64,000 bases of DNA, from the NCBI GenBank assembly GCA_963707915.1, contig OY970178.1, positions 1,792,001-1,856,000 on the forward strand, written 5' to 3'. The DNA comes from Candidatus Eiseniibacteriota bacterium. GTDB taxonomy: Bacteria > Eisenbacteria > RBG-16-71-46. The position numbers and the translations under genes were made by a program. Numbering within the stretch: the stretch's first letter is position 1; every line of letters starts with the position of its first letter. The notes beneath the pieces were generated by a model, which was not told the origin of the DNA, searched no databases, and saw only the letters and a program-made list of their open reading frames with translations. Shown here piece by piece: positions 59,797-64,000 of the stretch.

Positions 59797-60464
59797 CCCA
59801 GGTGGACGTGCGCCAGAGGATCCTGGCCGACAACGCGGCCGCGGCCGCGACGCTGCGCGCGCGCTTCGCGGCCGGGCGCACGCTGGTGGTGAACCTCATT
59901 TCCTCCCCCGGCTCGGGCAAGACCACGCTGCTCGAGGCCACCGTGCGCGTCCTCGCCGGAAGGCTGCGGCTCGGCTGCATCGAGGGCGACATCGCCACCG
60001 AGCGCGACGCCGACCGGCTGCGCGCGCTGGGCATCCCGGCGCACCAGATCCTCACCGGCGGCTCCTGCCATCTCGACGCCCGGCAGGTGAGCGCGGCGCT
60101 CGAGACGCACGACCTCGGGCCGCTCGACGTGCTGTTCATCGAGAACGTTGGCAACCTCGTCTGCCCCACCTCCTACGACCTCGGCGAGGACTTCAAGGTC
60201 GCGCTGCTCTCGGTGACCGAGGGCGAGGACAAGCCCTTCAAGTACCCGTCCATCTTCGCCCGGGCGGCGGTGACGGTGGTGACCAAGGCCGACCTGCTGC
60301 CCTACGTGTCCTTCCGGCTCGACGACGCGCGCGAGCAGGTCGCGGCGCTGCGCCCCGGCGGCGCGCTGCTGGTGACCTCCGCCACCACCGGGCAGGGAGT
60401 CGCCGAATGGTGCGCCCTGCTCGAGGAACGCCTCACGCTCAAGCGCGCGCAGGTCGTCGGATGA
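59793..60464 (+). CDS. hypB: Hydrogenase nickel incorporation GTPase HypB
   Basis: SSPGSGKTT, CHLDA, ENVGNLVCP, EGEDKPFKYP; GTG overlaps hypA stop. Confidence 0.93.
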   Translation: MTQVDVRQRILADNAAAAATLRARFAAGRTLVVNLISSPGSGKTTLLEATVRVLAGRLRLGCIEGDIATERDADRLRALGIPAHQILTGGSCHLDARQVSAALETHDLGPLDVLFIENVGNLVCPTSYDLGEDFKVALLSVTEGEDKPFKYPSIFARAAVTVVTKADLLPYVSFRLDDAREQVAALRPGGALLVTSATTGQGVAEWCALLEERLTLKRAQVVG

Positions 60465-60486
60465 CCGGGTCCGGAGCCGACTGGCG

Positions 60487-61521
60487 ATGAGCGCGGTCCG
60501 GTTGCTGGCATCGGGCATCGGGTCGGGCGTGCTCGCCCGCCTCGCGCCGCCCGCGTGCGCCGGCGTCGCGCCGCTGCCGGCGTGGGAGCCGGACGGCGAC
60601 GGCCGCCTGCGGCTCGTCGTACCGCTCGAAGCGGCGTTCCTGTCGGGCGCGGACCGCCTGGTCCCGAGCCTGTCGAACACCTCGGCGGGCGATCACGCGT
60701 TCCGGTTCGGTCTGCGCGTGCGCGTCCGCGGCGGCGGCCTGACTCCGTGGGTGCGCCTCACGCGCATCGGACGCCCGCCCGACCACGGCTTCGAGCCCAT
60801 GATCGCGGATCGAACCGGCCCCGGGGCGCCCCTGGGCACGGAGGTGGACACGTTCCGGCTGCACGAGCCCGCGGAGGGCGGCGAATTGGAGGTCCGCGTC
60901 TGGTCCGCCGATCCCGCCGGGTTCCGCCGCGCGCCGTGCCTGCTCGCCCTCTCCGCCGCGGGTGCGCCGGCATCCCCGCCGGCGCCCGCGGACCTCGCGG
61001 ACGTCCCGGCGCTCCCGGTGCCCGCGCTCTCGCAGTGCGGCGAGGCCGAGGCCATCCGGATGCGCATCTGCTCGCCCGTCAGCGTGGCGATGGTGCTGGG
61101 CTCGCTCGGCGCGCGCGCGGACAGCGCCGACGTGGCCGCCGCCGCCTACTGCGCGGAGCACGATCGTTACGGAGTGTGGCCCGCGGGCATCTGGGCCGCC
61201 TCGCGCTGGGGCGCCCTCGGCGCGGTCGTGGTCATCCGCTCCTGGGAGTGCGCGGGCGCCCTGCTGGCGCGCGGGATCGCGCTGGTGATCTCCGAGGCGC
61301 ACGGACCCTCCGCCCTGCCAGGTTCGCCGCTGCCCGAGACCGACGGGCACCTGCTCGTCCTGCGCGGGCTGCGTGCCGGCCGCGCGCTGGTGAACGACCC
61401 GGCGGCACCGACGACCGAGAGCGTCCCGCGCGAATACGACCTCGCCGACCTCGGCCGCGCCTGGCTCGGGCACGGCGGCATCGCGTACGTCTTCGCCAAC
61501 CCGAACGGAGGCCCCGAGTGA
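60487..61521 (+). CDS. Peptidase C39-like protein
   Basis: SQ...ICSPVSVAM (Cys), GHLLV (His), VNDP (Asp). Confidence 0.75.
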   Translation: MSAVRLLASGIGSGVLARLAPPACAGVAPLPAWEPDGDGRLRLVVPLEAAFLSGADRLVPSLSNTSAGDHAFRFGLRVRVRGGGLTPWVRLTRIGRPPDHGFEPMIADRTGPGAPLGTEVDTFRLHEPAEGGELEVRVWSADPAGFRRAPCLLALSAAGAPASPPAPADLADVPALPVPALSQCGEAEAIRMRICSPVSVAMVLGSLGARADSADVAAAAYCAEHDRYGVWPAGIWAASRWGALGAVVVIRSWECAGALLARGIALVISEAHGPSALPGSPLPETDGHLLVLRGLRAGRALVNDPAAPTTESVPREYDLADLGRAWLGHGGIAYVFANPNGGPE

Positions 61522-62258
61522 GATCGTCGTCCTGGATATCGCGTCTCTGCCTGTGCGCGCTCGCGCTCACCGCGTCGCTGGTCACGCCCCTCCGGGCGCA
61601 GGGGCCGACGCCCGCCCCCGCCCCCCCGGCACCCGGCCGGGGCGTCCGCACCATCATCCTCGTCCGCCACGGCGTCTACGACGAGACCGACGCCCGCGAC
61701 TCGGAGATCGGCAAGGCGCTGATCCCCCTGGGCCGCGAGCAGGCCCGGCTCACGGGCAAGCGGCTGGCAGGCTGGCCCGCGCACATCGACGCGCTGCACG
61801 CCAGCACCATGACGCGGGCCCGCGAGACCGCGGAGATCATCGCGCGCGCGCTGCCGGGGACGACGCCCGTGCCCGACCGGGACCTGCGCGAGTGCGAGCC
61901 GCCGGGGAACAGCGGGCGCACCATGGCCGGGATCGAACCGGGCGACGCCGACTCGTGCGCGGCGCGGCTGGACGCCGATCTCGCCCGCTACTTCCGGCCG
62001 TCGCCCGGGCGCGACAGCACGGAGGTGCTGGTCTGCCACGGGAACGTGATCCGCTGGCTCACCTGCCGGGCGCTGGGCGCCGATCCGAAGCTCTGGCTCG
62101 GGATGAGCCTCGCCAACTGCAGCCTCACGGTGATCCAGGTGCGGCCGAACGGCACCTTCAAGATCACCGGCGTCGGCGACCGCGGCCATCTGCCGGTCGC
62201 GCTCCAGACCTGGTCCATGCCGAGGCCCGCGGCCGCGGACTCGACGCCGCGGCGGTAG
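61518..62258 (+). CDS. Exported histidine phosphatase (PGAM5-like)
   Basis: Signal peptide; LVRHG, STMTRARETA, VCHGNVIR. Confidence 0.85.
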   Translation: MRSSSWISRLCLCALALTASLVTPLRAQGPTPAPAPPAPGRGVRTIILVRHGVYDETDARDSEIGKALIPLGREQARLTGKRLAGWPAHIDALHASTMTRARETAEIIARALPGTTPVPDRDLRECEPPGNSGRTMAGIEPGDADSCAARLDADLARYFRPSPGRDSTEVLVCHGNVIRWLTCRALGADPKLWLGMSLANCSLTVIQVRPNGTFKITGVGDRGHLPVALQTWSMPRPAAADSTPRR

Positions 62259-62673
62259 TCCGGCCGCGAGCGGGGCCCGGCGCGCGCACCGCCCGCGCGC
62301 CGGGCCGCCACCCGAACCGCGCGAGGTCGATCCGACCGCGCGCGTCGAAGCGCACACCCTCGCGCTCGAGCCGCAGGCGCTGGGTCACGTCGGCCCCGCC
62401 GCCGGGCGGCAGGCTGATCGCGCCGCGCGCGTTGACGACCCGGTGCCACGGCGCGAGGCCCTCCCCGGGCAGGGCGTGGAGCGCGTAGCCGACCTGGCGC
62501 GCCTGGCCGGAGAGGCCCGCGAGCGCGGCGACCTGGCCGTAGGTGGCCACGCGACCGCGCGGGATGCGGCGCACCACCGCCCAGACGCGCTCCCAGCGAC
62601 CCGGGGCCTCCCCCGCGCGCCGTCCGCGCCGCTTCACCGCCCGCCGCGCGATCATGCCCAGTCCCGGCCGCAT
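62164..62673 (-). CDS. Alkyltransferase-like (Atl/YbaZ) protein
   Basis: IPRGRVATYGQVA, ARQVG, PWHRV (Trp in place of the MGMT Cys). Confidence 0.82.
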   Translation of the reverse strand: MRPGLGMIARRAVKRRGRRAGEAPGRWERVWAVVRRIPRGRVATYGQVAALAGLSGQARQVGYALHALPGEGLAPWHRVVNARGAISLPPGGGADVTQRLRLEREGVRFDARGRIDLARFGWRPGARAVRAPGPARGRTTAAASSPRPRASAWTRSGARPADGRGRRRR

Positions 62674-63746
62674 CAGCAGATGCGCGGCAGTTGCTCCCCG
62701 CTCAGCATGTCCACGATGCGCTCGCCACCGACGCGGCTGCGCATCGTGACGCGGCCGGGATGGTCGGCAACCACCTCGCCGATCAGGGCGGCCTCGCGGC
62801 CGAGCGGGTGCGCGCGCAGCAGCGCGAGCGCCTCGGGCGCGGCCTCCGGCGCGACGATCGCCAGGAACTTGCCCTCGTTCGCCACGTAGAGCGGGTCCAG
62901 CCCGAGGATCTCGCAGGCGCCGCGCACCTGCTCGGCCAGCGGGATCGCGCGCTCCTCGAGCCGCAGCCCCACCCCGGCGGACGCGGCGATCTCGTTGGTG
63001 GCACTCGCCACCCCGCCGCGGGTGGGATCGCGCAGCACGTGGACGCGCCCGCCGAGCGCGGCGAGCAGCGGACCGACCAGCCCGTTCAGCGCGGCCGAGT
63101 CGCTCTCGATGGCGGTCTCGAACGCGAGACCCTCGCGCACCGACAGGATGGCGATGCCATGGTCGGCGATGCGCCCGCTCAGCAGCACGCGGTCCCCGGG
63201 CCGCGCGCGTGACGGGGCGACGTCCACCCCCTCGGGCACCGTGCCGATGCCGGTGGTGTTGATGAACACGCCGTCGCCCTTGCCGCGGTCCACGACCTTG
63301 GTGTCGCCGGTCACGATGTTCACGCCCGCGTCCCGCGCCGCCTGCGCCATCGAGCGCACGATGCGCCACAGGTCGTCCATCGGCAGGCCCTCCTCGAGCA
63401 CGAAGCCCGCGGTCAGCGCCAGGGGCTGCGCCCCGCACATGGCGAGGTCGTTCACCGTGCCGTGCACCGCGAGCGAGCCGATGTCGCCGCCGGGGAAGAA
63501 CAGCGGGCTCACGACGTACGAGTCGGTGCTGATCGCGAGGCGGCCGGCGGGCACCTCGAGCACGGCGCCGTCGTGCAGCGGCTCCAGCGCCGGGTTCCGG
63601 AAGGCCGCCAGGAACATGCGCTCGATCAGCGCGTGGGTGAGCCGCCCGCCGCCGCCGTGGGCGAGTGTGACCTGCGGGTATTCGCTCCGCGGGATCGGGC
63701 ACTGCAGGGCCAGGGGATCGGCGGGCGGGCGCTCGGCGTCGCTCAC
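62673..63746 (-). CDS. hypE: Hydrogenase maturation carbamoyl dehydratase HypE
   Basis: [47 protein letters not shown]. Confidence 0.95.
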   Translation of the reverse strand: MSDAERPPADPLALQCPIPRSEYPQVTLAHGGGGRLTHALIERMFLAAFRNPALEPLHDGAVLEVPAGRLAISTDSYVVSPLFFPGGDIGSLAVHGTVNDLAMCGAQPLALTAGFVLEEGLPMDDLWRIVRSMAQAARDAGVNIVTGDTKVVDRGKGDGVFINTTGIGTVPEGVDVAPSRARPGDRVLLSGRIADHGIAILSVREGLAFETAIESDSAALNGLVGPLLAALGGRVHVLRDPTRGGVASATNEIAASAGVGLRLEERAIPLAEQVRGACEILGLDPLYVANEGKFLAIVAPEAAPEALALLRAHPLGREAALIGEVVADHPGRVTMRSRVGGERIVDMLSGEQLPRIC

Positions 63747-64000
63747 GGCTTCCTCGCATACTGGTGGTAGGCCGCGCAGGCGCCCTCGGACGAGACCATG
63801 GGCGCGCCGAGCGGGTGCTCCGGCGTGCAGAGCGTGCCGAAGGCGGGGCACTCGTGCGGCCGCGCGAGCCCCTGCATGATCCGGCCCGCGATGCACAGCG
63901 GCGACTCTTGGGCGGTGATGGCGCCGACGTCGAAGCGCTGCGCGGCGTCGAAGCCGGCGTAGGCGGCGCGCAGCGCCAGGCCGCTCCCGGGGATGACGCC
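63743..64000 (-). CDS. hypD: HypD, 3' part only (truncated by window edge)
   Basis: [40 protein letters not shown]. Confidence 0.93.
   Translation of the reverse strand, partial: GVIPGSGLALRAAYAGFDAAQRFDVGAITAQESPLCIAGRIMQGLARPHECPAFGTLCTPEHPLGAPMVSSEGACAAYHQYARKP

Noticed and set aside
62164..62673. Active O6-methylguanine methyltransferase (ogt)
   Set aside because: PWHRV replaces the catalytic PCHRV, so it is alkyltransferase-like.

Overview
High-GC (roughly 70-75% by eye) bacterial chromosomal segment. A C-terminal FlgD/T9SS-like sorting domain at 35348-36910 suggests an FCB-related lineage such as Ca. Eisenbacteria (inference only). Housekeeping and metabolic genes include P5C dehydrogenase, moeA, a DAACS symporter, ettA, ispG and PBP1B. 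Other blocks are: a DUF222-like/HNH gene next to an IS481-family element; a Zn-metallopeptidase/ATP-grasp operon; an ECF-sigma/amidase locus; an ~11 kb arsenic/metal-resistance island (trx, ccdA, arsR, arsC, acr3, permease, CDF transporter, second arsR, ABC system) full of single-base frameshifts and carrying a nested duplication; a two-component signalling cluster with a sigma-54 promoter; and an O2-tolerant-type group 1d [NiFe]-hydrogenase operon with hyp genes. The best hidden signal is a small gene at the end of the ArsR/ABC unit (29553-29847) that the ORF track misses. It has two consecutive in-frame TGA codons followed by a bacterial SECIS-like hairpin, making it a candidate double-selenocysteine (UU) protein. 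No rRNA, tRNA or CRISPR array was seen.
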